From positions 129,627-193,626 of the forward strand of contig MNCI01001077.1 in NCBI GenBank assembly GCA_015680685.1: a stretch of 64,000 nt of DNA. The letters are read 5' to 3'. Each line of letters starts with the position of its first letter. The first letter of the stretch is position 1. Below the pieces are notes generated by a model. The model saw only the letters and a list, made by a program, of their open reading frames with translations. It had not been told where the DNA came from and made no database searches. This DNA comes from Gnetum montanum (lineage: Eukaryota; Plantae; Gnetophyta). The position numbers and the translations under genes were made by a program. Positions 13,906 through 27,800 of this stretch are shown in pieces.

Positions 13906-14787
13906 TGATGAGTGGCGAGGTACCCCTACACTCAGCCATACGAAACGAGCATTGCACACGTGATCCGGTTGAACTCCGTAGATGGACTAGTTGTGGCACC
14001 TAGATAGTTAGCCTTACGTCGCCGTTCGTTATCTTCCCACCTGGACTAGTATTATATTTTTCATGTATGGTTTAGTCCAGAGTGAGGTGTATGATGTGTT
14101 CCTAATTCTAACGCTACTCCTGAAGGGAGTGAAAAATAATATTTCACTAAGCTAAGCTAGGAGGAAAAGGGTAAGAGAATCTAATCTAGCCTAAGTGCGA
14201 TCAGCAGTCGATTCCTTGATCAACGATACACATCTTGGACCTCATGCATGACTACCACTGGGACTACCAAGCATAGATCCTAGGTATGCCACTGGGATTA
14301 TGAAGTATAGTTCCTAGATACGCCACTGAGTTACCAAGCGTAGATCCTAGCTACCCCACTAGGCTACCAAGTAGTCACACTTAACTGCTCGTAATCAAGT
14401 CGTACTCGTTCCATGTTCTAGGAGTTTAAGGGTGAGAGAGAGAAAATAGTAAATAACATTAAATAAATAACAAATAAATAAATGACAAAGTGAATGCTGC
14501 AATGATGAAGTAATGTCGATTTTTATTTTTGGTCATGTGCGGGTCCAAGTACAGCACACTCGAATAAAGACACCGTACAATTACATTTACCACACTATGG
14601 GCAGACACGGGAAAAAATCTAACTCTGGAGGGATCAAACTACCAGAGCTTCACTACTCTAAAACTGGGATCCCCAAACAAGGAAATGCCACCTCTTATTT
14701 ATAGACATTATGGTGGACTACGATATCACGTACGCGATATCGTAGGGAAGACGCGATATCACAGCCTATGCGAATCGCGTCTCATCA
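13906..14787 (-). repeat. Athila A 5' LTR
   Basis: TGATGAG...CTCATCA, repeat of 6293-7187. Confidence 0.95.
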
Positions 14788-17700
14788 ATATGCCTACTTT
14801 TCAATAGTTAATCTAAGAGCTCATATGTCTTCAAAGGTAATCTAGTGTATTTTTTCCTATCCTCTTGCTCAATTTTGGATCTAAATGAGGTTGATGGAAT
14901 GGCCCTAGAGGTTGATGGTTGGTTGTTTTGGTTGTTAGTAGGGGCCTTGGGTGGATTGGCTCTTGTCTCCTAGTTAGTTGTTTTAGGTTCTTTGGTTACC
15001 ATTTCTACAACTACATTTTTTTGCTTACCTCTCTTCTTGTCCCTCTACATGTGCTAGTTTTTGTATGCCATGTAGGTAGGGTTGTGGCAATCCTCTATAG
15101 CATCCTCTATGTTCTTAGTCTAGTAGAGGCTTGACTAACTAACCGTGAATCAAGGTAGTACAACTTAGACTTAATAAAATCATTAACTACGGGCTTGAAT
15201 ATAGAAAAAATGTGGGTTTTAGCTATAGGTTTTAGTATCTCAATGATATATCATTCCATCATTTGATAAACCTCTGCACTGGTTTAAGTAATCCCTGCTT
15301 GACCTTCATCAACTAGTCAAGTGTGGTGTTGGACTTCAAGTTACACTTGAAGTGATTAACGAGTAGTGATATAAGGTTTTCTAGAAAGGGTATAAATCCT
15401 CTAGGTAAGGCATAGTACTAGTTAAATGCTTTTCTTGTAAGAGAAATATGGAATATCCTTATGATTGTATGCAACCATTCAACAACAAGCACACAAATCA
15501 AAAGATTATGAGGTAAGTGTTGGGATTACATTCATCATTGTATTTTGTGATCTGTGGGATGGGGACACTTGGAGGAAGAATGAAAGGTGGGAACATAGGA
15601 CTAATGGGATCATTCTAGTAAAAGTCCATGACCTTAATGATTTAAGATGTAGAGGGTTTGAGTCTCTTCAATTCCTCCATCAAGTCCTAGATCATCTAGA
15701 ATGTCTGATCTAGTCCCTAGGATGACCCCTTCAGTTATGACATTTGTACTAATGACTATAGCATTTGCTAGGAGGCTTGTGCCCTTGCTATTGGTTGTGG
15801 CATGGAGAGAAGAGATTGTATTATTTTAGTGGTTGATGGGCCAAATAAATAAAATGACATTTCTTCTAGTATCTTGGGGACCCATCATGGATCCTACCTG
15901 AGTGATTAGAGGGTTGATGGTGGTAACCACCACTAATAATGATCGTACCAACCTAGGTAGGAGATCAAACAATATGGAAAAGTGAAATGTGATAGATTGC
16001 AGCATTGACTATGTTTGGTATGTGGCTATGAAAGGAGTATGTCCAAACATGGTTGGGTAATTAGGGGTAGAGGATGGTAGCATCTGTTCCATGGAGGAGA
16101 CAAGGGGAGTAGAGGTAGGCTCAGTGGCCTTTGGGGTTCCTTGTTAAAACAACTCACCCAGGATGTTTTCATGCTTGGGGTCTACACTGAACTCAGTCTC
16201 CTTCTCTTTTTGCTTCTCCAAGCTATCCTTCTCATCCATCTCAGTCAACTAAGATGGGATGCATACATAGGTATTAATAAGGGGTATTTGATCATATAGT
16301 GAAGGGATATATTCCTTCCCATTATAATGTATAAGTTCGTACTCCCTTTTGGCTTTTGCTTTCATTCCTGGAATCAGCATGCCAACATGGATCTTTATGT
16401 AAATAAAGTTTTAGTGATATTCATTTATCATAGAGAATCTAGGACTTTTCCCCCTATGTCACAAGGATTGTCTACACTTGATCATGATGGGATCTTTGGC
16501 GTTATAGAACCTTATGACCTATTGGCCAGACATATTGTTAGTGAAGTTGAAGGGCAATTTGGTTGACAATTAAAATAACATTATGATAAAATGCTAAAAT
16601 GACCCAATTAGGTTATAAAATGTTAAATAAAAGGTTGAATTCAAAAATGTATAATCTATAAAAGGCTAAAAGAAAAAAAATGACCACAAATAGGTCACTA
16701 GCTATAAATAGTAAGTGGTTGTAAAAAAGGAATATAGCCCTTTTCTAAAAATGGCATACAATGGGTATTGAACACCATGCATGGTAAAATGAAAGCTTGA
16801 CCAACACTAAGAAAGTAAATGCAAAAGGAAAGGAGGAAGATGGAAATATCTCACACCTTTCTTAGCAACATTGGGAAGAGGGGGATTACTTTTGGCAAGT
16901 TGAATTGCACTGCTAAAAAGAAACCAAAAGAAGTTTTGGAAATGCTATCAATGCTAAGAAGGAAAATTTTGGTATCAAAAAAGGGAAATGATTTCAGAAA
17001 GGCATCAATGCTAGCTTTGACTTTAAAATTCATAGCATGTGTTTTGAGAATCTAAAACCCAAACACCTACAACTTCCACACTAAGGTTTTTGTTGCAAGG
17101 GTATGAGTGGTAGCATTAATTATTGTAAAGATTCAAAGGATTTTTTTGCTAAGAAATTGTAGATTTTGAGAAAGTAAGTAATGTTGGCAATGGGGAAAAT
17201 ATGTTTGGATATAAAACTTGGGTAGAGGCCATCCTTCTAGTTCCAAAAAACTATAGTGGCTAAAAATCTCAATTGCTGAAGAAACTAAGGAATTTCTAGT
17301 GCAACAACCTTACCCCTAGATCCCAAGGGCCTTTGTGAAGAAGTAGCATCTAAGGTACCTTTGATTGTCTGGTAGATCACCCAAGGAATTAAGGAGAATC
17401 AAATAAGGTAATAAAAATATAAAAATGCAAAATGCAAATCTGAAAGATAAGTATACAAAAATGAAACAAACAAAGGAACTTGTACAAAAATGAAACCACA
17501 AACTTTATTTCAAAAAAAAAATAAAGGAGGTATACAAAATGTATTCAAGATGGCCTATTGCAACAAGGGGATTCACTTATATGAGGGTTCAAAGTCCATT
17601 TAAACTACAACAACTAGCTTCACGATCTAAAGGTTTTGCCACTCTCGATGCATTCAAACCTTCGCTATTGTCACACTAGATCTACAATGTTGTTTTTATA

Positions 17701-19049
17701 GGGAAATGAGAGGTGTGAGGAATTTTGACTAGACAAGTGAGCATTGCTGGAAATTTTTGTTCCCAAGTGCATAGCGTTGGCACAAAAATCTCATAGATTT
17801 CATAGGTGGAATAAAGGGGTAATAATGGCTACACAAGGGTTCCACGTTAGGGATCCAAGAAGCTCTATATTATCAGATATCCAAGAGCTCTCAAATGCAA
17901 AAAATGAATAAAAATTCCAAAGTGTGGAACCTCTATATGGTGTTTAGGCTTGTTTTATATAGGGTTTTGGCCATAAATTTGGCTCCAAATTATGATTAAT
18001 TGGTACATCAAATTTTGAATTAATTGTTGCAAATTCTAGCTATGTGCAAGTGGGATAGTTGTGTAAATCAAGGGGGGTTACTATATGGGGTAAGTCTTAT
18101 ATCTCCAAGGCATCAAAGTCATTCTATTTACTAAAAATAGTAAATGGAAATTTCACCCATGCTTGATCTTTCCACTCATGTTGGGCCTTCCAATAGCAAC
18201 ATTGATGTGCAAGATCCTTGCTGAACTTGGTCTAATGTTGAGATCTTGGCTATGCTAGATCAATGCTAGGGTTGATGTATCGATGCTAGGGGGTAAGGGT
18301 TATACCCGGCGTAAAACCCATCGAAATGCCAATTTTGGCATCCCAAAAGGCATTTCTAATCCACCCCAACCAAAATATACACATTATGTGACCTTTCTTT
18401 CACTTGGGGGATGAGTCTTTAATCATTTATGAGACATTTTTCAGCCCCAAAAGTATAAATTATGTGCGATTACACCTCCTAGGTTGCAATCTTTACATTT
18501 ACTATGAATTTTAGCCTTAGGTTCCATGGGATGGGGATTACAATGCAAAAAGGATAACAACATGCAAATTCGTTGGTATTTTAGTAAGGAAGGCTATAAT
18601 TTGGCTATGGGATTATGGCTAAGGAAGGGTAATAGAGATGATGAAAGGTAAGCACTATTGATAAGATTAAACAAGCTAACCAAATCTCATATATTGAGAT
18701 CAAATGGTAACTCATACTTTACAATGAATCACATCTCTATGATGATTCTAGGTTCATCTTGCAAGCATAACTCTAAGATAATAATCAACCCAAGTTAAAA
18801 AATAGATATATTTAAAAAATATTTCATGAAGCAATGAGTGCATGTACACCATCATTGGTCACAACTAGCAAAACATGTAAACATTATGTCATGCTATGTA
18901 GATTCATACAAAATTTTCAATCTTTCTAAGAGTTTAGAAAGAAGCAAAGGATTATGAAGGCTTGCTTCTTGTAGACCACTAAAGTTATTAATTTCAATTT
19001 TTCATCCCAACTATGAACAAAATCAAACAAAGGCTACAATGTTAGATGC

Positions 19050-22000
19050 TATATGATTTGAGATAGGAATGGTTGACTAGTTTGGCTAATTCATTCTCAT
19101 GCATGTCTATCAACTTGAATGCTGCATTTCCATAGGCTTTAGTGACCAAGAAAGGCCCTTTCCCATTGCATGGGAATTTGTCCACATTTTTACAAATGGC
19201 CTTCAAGACAAGGTCTCTTTCCTTGACTTTCTTCCTATTTAGATCATGACGATGATGTTGTTTCTACTTCTCTTAGTATCACTTAATGTTGGTGAGTGTT
19301 TGATTTTGTATTATCTCCATCAAGTTGAGGTCCATGGTATGCAACTCTTTATTCTACTCATCATTGATAAAGTCAAACAAAGCTATCCTTAAGGATGGTA
19401 CCTAAAATTTAAGAGGCAAAACAACTTCAAATCCGTAAACTAGGCTATACAAGATGGATCCAATTGTGGTTCTAAAGATTTTCCTATAGGTCCATAGTGC
19501 ATATAATATTTTTTCATGCCATTTGCATTTACCATTATTTAACATCTTATTTAAGAGATTCACAATGACCTTGTTGCTAGATTCATCCTTACCATTGGCC
19601 TATGAATAGTAAGAAAATAAAAATGAATGTTTAATGTTTAGTTGTTGAAGAAAGGTGTGGATTTCTTGGCTACTAAATTGTAGTTTATTATTTGTAATGA
19701 ATATCAAAGGTAGGCCAAAATGGAACACTATGTTATCCAAGATAAACTTACAAACTTTTTGTGTTTTTGTTTTTCATAGAGGGATAGCTTCAAACTATGT
19801 AAAATACTCAATTGCGATGATGATGAAATTATGCCCTATAGAGGATTTAGGCATTATTGGTTATATTATATTAATTTTCCACAATTGTAATGACCATATG
19901 ATCTGAGTGGTATGTAAAATAGTGTGACACATGTATTAAGTTATTATACCATTGATAGGAGTCACAGGTATTAATCTTCTTCAAGAAATTGCTTTTCATA
20001 TAGGGCCAATAGTATCCTAATTGTCTAATATTTTTGACCATAGCTCTAGGTCCTATATGTCCTTCACATATGCCCTTTTGAACATGCTCAAGGATTGTGT
20101 GGGCTTCCACTTTCCCTCTACATACTAATAATATGCCATCATAGGACCTTTGACATAATCTGTTATTGGATACAATGATATATTACTTTACTCATTTACA
20201 TATAGCATCCTTCTAATAGGTAGTTAGATTCTATGAAGGTTAATGATGAATTAGGTAAAATTTAATGTCATCAAACCATTCTTGTTGGGTAATGTTGACA
20301 ATGGTAACTATAGAGGTACCTTCAGTGTTCTAAGTGATGGGAAGAGCATAATGTTTTATCAATGAATGTAACTTGCTAAACACATATACCTTCACACTTA
20401 GGGATAAGGCTATAATGGAATTAGGTAAAGTGTTCTTGGTTTGGGAAATATAATTGATACCAACATCTATAAACTACAACATCTTTTTTTTTTTACTAGA
20501 ACATAGTAATAATATAAATTTTTTGCTTTGCATGCGTAGAGTTCAGTCACTTGGTTAACCACTAGTTGCAAATCATCTTTTATCATCAAACATGTAATTC
20601 CTAGGTTACGAGCTACCATCACTACTCTGATTAATCATTCGTAGTCAAGTACATTGTTAGTGCATGAAAATTAAAAATGATAAGTAAAACATTTGATCTT
20701 ACATGAGGCTAGTGTTATGATGGTGGTAGCACTAGCTCCATGGGTAGTTGAAGTAGAAATTTAGGATTTATGACTAAATTATCTTTGACTATGGAAGTTG
20801 TGAGTAACATGACTATAGATTGATCTTTTTTTGAGACTTGGAAGATGAAATGTAGATCAAAATTAGCTATTAGGGCTTTCTAACTAGCTATATGCCCACT
20901 CTCATAGATGTTTGTCATTATGGCTCTTAGTACATTATCTTTGCATATGACATTAACTTGACTTCTAAAAAGTTAGTATCTCCATTTCTTCAAAGAGAAG
21001 ACTAGGGCTAGGCAATGCTTCTTGACCTTATTATATTGCATCTCATAGGCAACCAATGGATGGCTCAAGTAGTAGATAGATAATTATACTTCATCATCTC
21101 ATTTATGGTAGAGAAAATAGGCTATGGAGGTTTTAGAGATTACAAGGTATATGTAAAATGATTTATCTTTCTAGGGGGAATAAATGGTAGGAAATTGGAT
21201 CAACTCTTACTTAATGTTGTACAAGGCTTCTTAGAATTGGTCCATCCACTCATAGTAAACCCCTTTCTTAAGAAAATGTTTCATAGGTTGTAGCTTATCT
21301 GTGAGCCTCAAGATGGTCCTATGAATAAATTGCAATCTACCTTGTAAACCTTGTAGTTATTTAAGGTTACCAAGTAGCGATAGGTTGGTTATGGTTTTAA
21401 CCTTCTTAAGATCGACATGTATGCCTACCTTGGATACTATGAAACCAAGCATATGACCAGTTTCAATACCAAAGCCACACTTTGTGGGATTAAGTCTAAG
21501 CTTATACTTGAGACATCATTGTAATACTAGGTTGAAGTCATGTGCATGATCATTGACCATGTTGGACTTGAGAGCTATATCATCAATAGAATCATTAAGT
21601 AACCCTAACATGCAGTCATTGAAAATGTAGCTTAGAGCACATTTATTGGTTTCTCCTATGTTCCTTAGACCGAATGGCATCATGATATAATAAAAGATCC
21701 CATAAGGGATCATGAAGGTTGTGTATAGTTGATTCTCTAGGTTAATCCTAACTTGGTTATATCTCGAGAACCCATCCATGAAGGATAATAAAGCATGACC
21801 AACCATGGTATTGATGAGTTAATTAATACAAGGAAAGAAAAAATAATTTTTAATAGTAGCCTTGTTGAGGTCATTGAAATTCATAAAAATATGAATACTC
21901 CCATTTTTCTTAGGGACTACCACTATGTCAAATACTCAATCTGCATAATCAACAGCTCAGATGAAACTTACTTGGTAAAGCTTCATGATTTCATCATGAA

Positions 22001-22400
22001 CTACCATGGCCAAATTTGATCTAATATTACATACCTTTTGCATAACTAGTTTGATGCTAGGATCAAGTATGATATATTGTACTAAAAATGGATTGAGTCT
22101 AGGCATATCTTCATATGACCAAGCAAAGGCTTTAATGTTATCCTAAAGGGCTTTGGTGATGTCTTGGACTATCTTGGGTTCTAGTGAGGAACTTAGTTTT
22201 AGTGTTTTCTCCTCATGATTATGGTTTGTAATAGGAATTTCAACTAGATGATCCTTAATGATATCTCCAACCTATAAATAAAGAGGTTTGACTATGTACT
22301 TAGGCCATTCTAAGGACTTCTCTATTCAGGCTATATGTCAAATAGGCTTTCAAACATGAGATCTAGGAATTCTAGGTTAATTGATCATTCAACATTAGCA
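19050..22400 (-). pseudogene. T3 pol: RT, RNase H, additional archaeal-type RNase H, integrase
   Basis: AFAWSYEDMP; LSFMDGFSRYNQV and MPFGLRN (21516-21806); aRH-like CTNNVLDYE...DDLQLVVNQV (~20540-20670); INT HHCC HVQKGICEGH...GYYWP (19871-20110); GPF motif ~19155. Confidence 0.9.
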
Positions 22401-22679
22401 TATGATCCATTCAGTCACAAGGGTAGATCAAATTATGCTCATGTATCCATGATTTAGTCTTGCATGTCAACAAAAGCATGTTAACCGGTGTTTGTATTGC
22501 ATAATTCATCAAATATTGTTAAAATAAGGGAAAATATAGTAATAATGAACTATAACATAGCCAAATAAGATTAACATGGAGTGAAGAAAAGAAAAATGAG
22601 GCTTAGTTAGGGTCACAACATGGTGGAATAAGACTACATGAGAAATAATTGGTTACAACAAGGTGAAAAAAGGGCTAAA

Positions 22680-23060
22680 TGATGCCAAGTAGGGGCCAAA
22701 TGAAGGTCAAAACCATGCAAAATGAGTAAAAAGGATGTCAAGTGAGATTTTAAGGCTACAAAATAACATCAAATAATATCAAATGATGCCAAATTATAGT
22801 CAAAATGGTATCAAATGACAAAAACTAAAGCCAAAATGATGAAAAATGTGTTAAAATGATGCTAAATGATCTCAAATGTTGTCAAAATGATGAAAAATGA
22901 TATCAATTAGTGTCAAATGACATCAAATGATGCCCAAAAGATACCAAATTATGAAAAATGATATCAAAATAATACCAAATTATGCCAAATTATATCAAAA
23001 TGATGTCAAGTGATATCAACTAGTGTAGGAAAGAGTCGAATAAGGTCAAACATGGTCAAA
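22680..23060. repeat. Degenerate 10-11 bp tandem array (AAATGATG/TCAAATGA-like)
   Basis: Many successive caaatgat / aaaatgat units. Confidence 0.75.
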
Positions 23061-23619
23061 AGTTATCAAAAATGGTAATAGTTATTTTTAGTTGATTTTA
23101 TGGTTGAAAGAAGAAAAAAATTACTAAAAATAGACCATAAGTTATTTTCATAAGTCAAAATTTAGAAATAGTAGGTCATAAACTCCTAAAATAGGTAAAA
23201 ATCTTGTAAAAAAGCTATAAATTGTTAAAACACATAAAAATATTGTGAAAATAAGAAAAACTCTTGTGTAAAACAATAGAATAATAAAAGTTAATAGAAA
23301 TAATTAAAATACACAGAAATATCATGTAAAGTGATTGAAACTACTTGAAAATGGGCTTTTTGTTGGTCATATAATTAAAAAAGCTAAAATATTGAATTCT
23401 CAACATGTAGGAATTCATTGTCCAGAATGTGGGCAATTTGGGCTACCATCATAGTGTGTGGGACCTAAATCCCCAAATGTGTGAGGAATTCTTGCCAATT
23501 TTGGAGCTTGTTTGACTTGATTTGACAACCTCTAGGCTATGTAGGGCTAGCGTAACATTTGTTCGACTATCCTAGGCTATGCATAAGCAAGTTTAGGTAA
23601 GGTTTTGTCTTGTTAGATC

Positions 23620-24830
23620 TTCACATGCTATCCCCACATGTTATATCACTTGTGGGATAGGATGCCCTAGCTTGTGAAAGCAAGACCCTATTTTATAGCT
23701 TTCAAGGATCAAATTTTGGTCAATCTTCCATCCAAGGAATTACAAGACCTACTAGACAACTTATGCCCAATTCTAGATATAGTAGATCTTGCCACAAAAC
23801 TTTACATGCTATCTCACATGCTACATAGCATGTGGAATAGGGTTCCCCGCATATGGAATGAGATCTCCGAATTTACATGGGTTTTCAACTAGGGTTTTTG
23901 GCCTCTCTAAACTTCCATGGTAGCACTAAAGGTGTATGGGAGAATATGTAGTTTTTAACCACATTAGGTAGGATTTGAGGCATGTTGAAGTTCTATAAAC
24001 TCCCACATGCTATGCAACATGTTGCATAGCATGTTTGACATGTCTTCCCACCATGTGGGACCCAAAACCAACCTCTAGCATCTTGTTAAGATCATTTTCT
24101 TACTCCACTTTCTAGTTTAGGTTTTGTGGGATTCACTAAGAATCTGACTAGAAATTTTTGGCTTGATTTTCAATAGTGTGAGGCTCACATACTATACCCA
24201 CATGTTGCATAACATGTGGGATAGATGTGCCATTTTGTGAGGTCTAGCCAAGCCATTTTCAATGGATTTCAACTCCATTTTTGACTTCTTCAAGTTCTTA
24301 TGGTAGCATCTAGGTTGTGTACAAGGGATTTTCAATTTTTATGATAATTTTGAGCAAGGTTTGATGTACTTTGAAGTTCTTGGGACATTCACACAATGTC
24401 CCACATGCTGCACAACATGTGAAACATTTCTTCCCAGCATGTGGGATCAAGGATTAACTTTAGTAGCTTATGAATGTTAGTTTTTTACTTAAGTTTCCAT
24501 CCTAGGTATTGTGGGATCCACCAAAAATATTAATGAGTAATTTTGAGCTTGATATTCATCATTGTAAAGTCCACATGCTACCCCACATGTTGCTAGCATG
24601 TGGGATAGGTGCTCCATCATGTGAGGCTTAGCCATGTCAGTTGTGGTTAATTTCAATTTTTTTTGATCTCTTAAGGCTTTCTAGGTTAGCATATGGGCAT
24701 TATGAGAGATCTGTAACCCATTTGGCCTATATTGATTAGGTTAAGGTCTATGGAAGGGGCTTTAAATGCTAGCCCACATGTTGTATAGTGTGTGGGGGAT
24801 GAAACCCTAGCATGCGATCATCCCATATCT
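23620..24830. repeat. Array of 7 palindromic CACATG...CATGTG cassettes, ~190 bp period
   Basis: Cassettes at ~23620, 23802, 24002, 24185, 24389, 24570, 24765; perfect 30-bp palindrome at 24005-24034. Confidence 0.85.
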
Positions 24831-27800
24831 CAGTTCTTAGTAATTTTGGATGAGGTTTTTTACCCTAGAATTTTTCTAATTTTTATTAGATCTTCTAAGA
24901 TCCACCAAGGTACTGTATCGACAAGTTTGAAAAGGAATAAGGTTGTTGAAAGCTTTAAATACTACTCTACACACTACCATAGTGTGTGGGCTAGGATTCT
25001 ATTGTGTGTGTTCATCTTAAAATTGAATCCCACCATATGGGGTTACTTAGTATCCTTGTCAAAGTCTTGTGAGGTCCACTCATGCTTAAATTATCTTAAC
25101 AAGTTATGTCCTAAGAAAAACATAGTGTGCAAATATTAGTTTTTATCTATTCTAAGTTAATAACACATAGATGATATTTTCTAGCATACATAGAGTTCAT
25201 CAACAACGTTTGGGCATTGTAAAAGGGTTTTCAACACCAAAGCCCAGTGTCTAAGCTCATTTCCTAGCTAATTTTGCAAGGGAAACATATAGGAACTAAA
25301 TCTTCTAATTAAACAAAAAATACCCCTTATTTTGTAGTAATTCTATGATTTATCCATCATTAACCACAACGTGGTTATGGAAAAGGTGAAAACTTGGGCT
25401 TCTATCATCAACAAGGTAAGATAGAACTACTCAAGTTTAAACAATTATGGTGAAGAGAATGGAATTGATGAGTAGGAATCTAGCATTGGATGATGTTAAG
25501 GATGTTGTAAAAATTATATCCAAGCTCCTATATCCGTCTACATGTAAAGTATCTTCATCAAAAACTACCATGTACCCATATTTTACCATTTTTTTCAATT
25601 TCTATTCAAATTGTGGATATGTTTTTCTATCCCTAGGATTGCTCTAATTGAAATTTTTCATTCCATCTACACCAAATGCAAAGTTTAGATTGTATGATGT
25701 TGATTGAAATGAAATTCTAGTTTTATCTCTTCTTTTAATAGAGATTTTGGTTTTTCCCGTAGCCTATTCATAGCTTTCCCCCCCTAATTTTAGCTATTTT
25801 TTGGCCAAATTTTAACATTTTCTCTAGCCTTTGCAAAATGCAAATTTTGTTTTTGGGCTTCATAGAACTATTCTATAAGGTATTATGATTGTATTGAAAG
25901 TCAAGTGAGGATTTATAAAAAAATTCAAGTTTTGTTTTGGATTTTCTTCCAACCCAATTCACAATGATTTTAGCTCATTTTGCAGTTTTTCTATCAAAAA
26001 ACTAATCGCATCTACAATTTTTTGGTCACTTATGAGTAGCATGTAGGATTCTTGAAGGCTTCCAATGTAGTGTAGAGGGGCCCTAAATGAATTTTGAAAT
26101 TTTTAGAAGCTTTTGTGAATTTTTTCCTAATGGTTTTACTATAATACTTATGCCATAAACTATGTTTTCTTGGTAAAATTCTATGCCATCCCATGTTGAA
26201 GTTTAATTTTCCAAGTTTGCTAGTACAGTATTGGAGCCTTATTTGTGTTGCCCTAGGCTTTTTTTTTAGCATTTGGAGTTGAAATTACTTTTTTAGAATT
26301 TTGTTTTTGGACTTTTTTTCCTATGGGAGCTATACTAATTAGTTCTTGATTTGATGTTAATTTTTTGGAATCTCTAGCCTATAATAATAATGTAGGGTAG
26401 CTTGGATTTGTATTTTGACTTGTAAAAATCTTTCCTAATTTTTAGGCTAGTGTATGGCACCTCTTGAGGTCACTAGGTTAGTGTATGGAATGTTTTGAGA
26501 TTTTTAATATGGTTGAATGGCAATGTGTAGGCTTTAATGTTCAAGAAAACTCATTTCTTACGTCACCACTTCTCCTTATATCCCCACAATCCCTAGCATA
26601 TGGACTATATATGAGTTTACTATTTTTTCTTGTCAATTTTTACATATGAGGCTTCAACTCTATGAATTCGACCCTCCTAGTTTTTCTAGAACTTAGTTTC
26701 ATGTCAAATATTTGTAAGAATTATTACTTAAGAATACTACATGCAAACTATTTGTGGAAATGATAATCTATTTTGTTTCATGTTAAATGTTTACTAAGAT
26801 TTCACAAGGCTAAATTTTTATTCATGTTAGAAGTTAGAGTTATGAAGCTGGTTATTTTTGGCATTTTTAGCACCAATGTTGCCATTGTAGAATTCATTAC
26901 ACTTTATTTTTGTTAAAATTTTATTTAAGGCTTCTATGGTTTTTCATGGCTATGTGTAGGGCATTTTTGAAGCCCATCTTGATCATTTTAAAGTTGGTAG
27001 GAATTCTATGTTGTACTAAGACGGCCACCCAAAAGAGTCTAAACCTGGATATGTGCATTGACAAATATGCTCTGATATGGTTTAGGCATTCTTGATATAT
27101 TTTCTCTACAACTATAGTGTGATCATGTGGTAACACATTGTAGTGAATGTTGCTTAATTCATAACAAAGACCCTTATTGTAAGATCCTCTACCCATATCT
27201 TGTAGTTTATAGTGGATGACCCCAACACTCAAAGAGATATAAAGCATAACAAGGGTTTGTTCTCAACAAGAGTTAGATAGTTATTTCAAATTGTGGATAT
27301 GCCTATGTTCTCATAGTACAATTTTAATAATACCTTAACAATGGACCACAAGATAAACACACTCTTTTAGAATCCTCTAGGAGCCATCTACTTGCTAGAA
27401 CCATAAGTTTGATCCTAAAGTGTTGTCTCTATTCATCTTTGGAATAAATTTTTTTCTAGTTCTAACTATTTTAATGTTTTTTTTACAAGTATAGAGTACA
27501 TCCTAGGGGATTGTTTAGAAATGACCAAACTTTATCTATGGCTTGTACAACCTTGGAAGAATTGAGGCAAGGTGAGGTCATGAGGATGCAACTGCTTAAT
27601 CAACTTGAGGCTAAGTTTAGTTGATACCATTCATAGTATTTGTGTGTGTATGAAATAAATCTAGCTACCAATCATACACATAATTGGTGGGCCCATGGAG
27701 ACTTAGGAGCACCTACATGAGCCCATTCTAAGCATTGAACTTTGGCTAAGTTCAGTAAGCAAAAGTTTGTTAAGCATGATCAACACTTTTATTTTTTTTT

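Larger units (their letters stand above)
6293..14787 (-). mobile_element. Athila-type LTR retrotransposon A (gag plus env-like ORF, no pol visible)
   Basis: Two LTRs with TGATGAG...CTCATCA termini; perfect TSD ATATG (6288-6292 and 14788-14792); tRNA-Asp-type PBS. Confidence 0.95.
5126..18085 (-). mobile_element. Older Tat-clade element T2 (gag remnants and 5' LTR), interrupted by Athila A and cut by T1
   Basis: 5185-5367 (LSMYDLIMTSAIYHEALVKIL) is homologous to T1 699-929; gag remnants resume at 14793-16560; LTR-like block ~17340-18085 with minus-strand TATA ~17695 and end ggggggttactata. Confidence 0.75.

Noticed and set aside
17310-17345. PBS of T2 (and of T3 near 38490-38515)
   Set aside because: Too decayed to match a tRNA 3' end
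23620-24830. CRISPR-like array of palindromic repeats with spacers
   Set aside because: Repeats are degenerate, spacers are ~130 bp and similar to each other, there are no cas genes, and the context is eukaryotic
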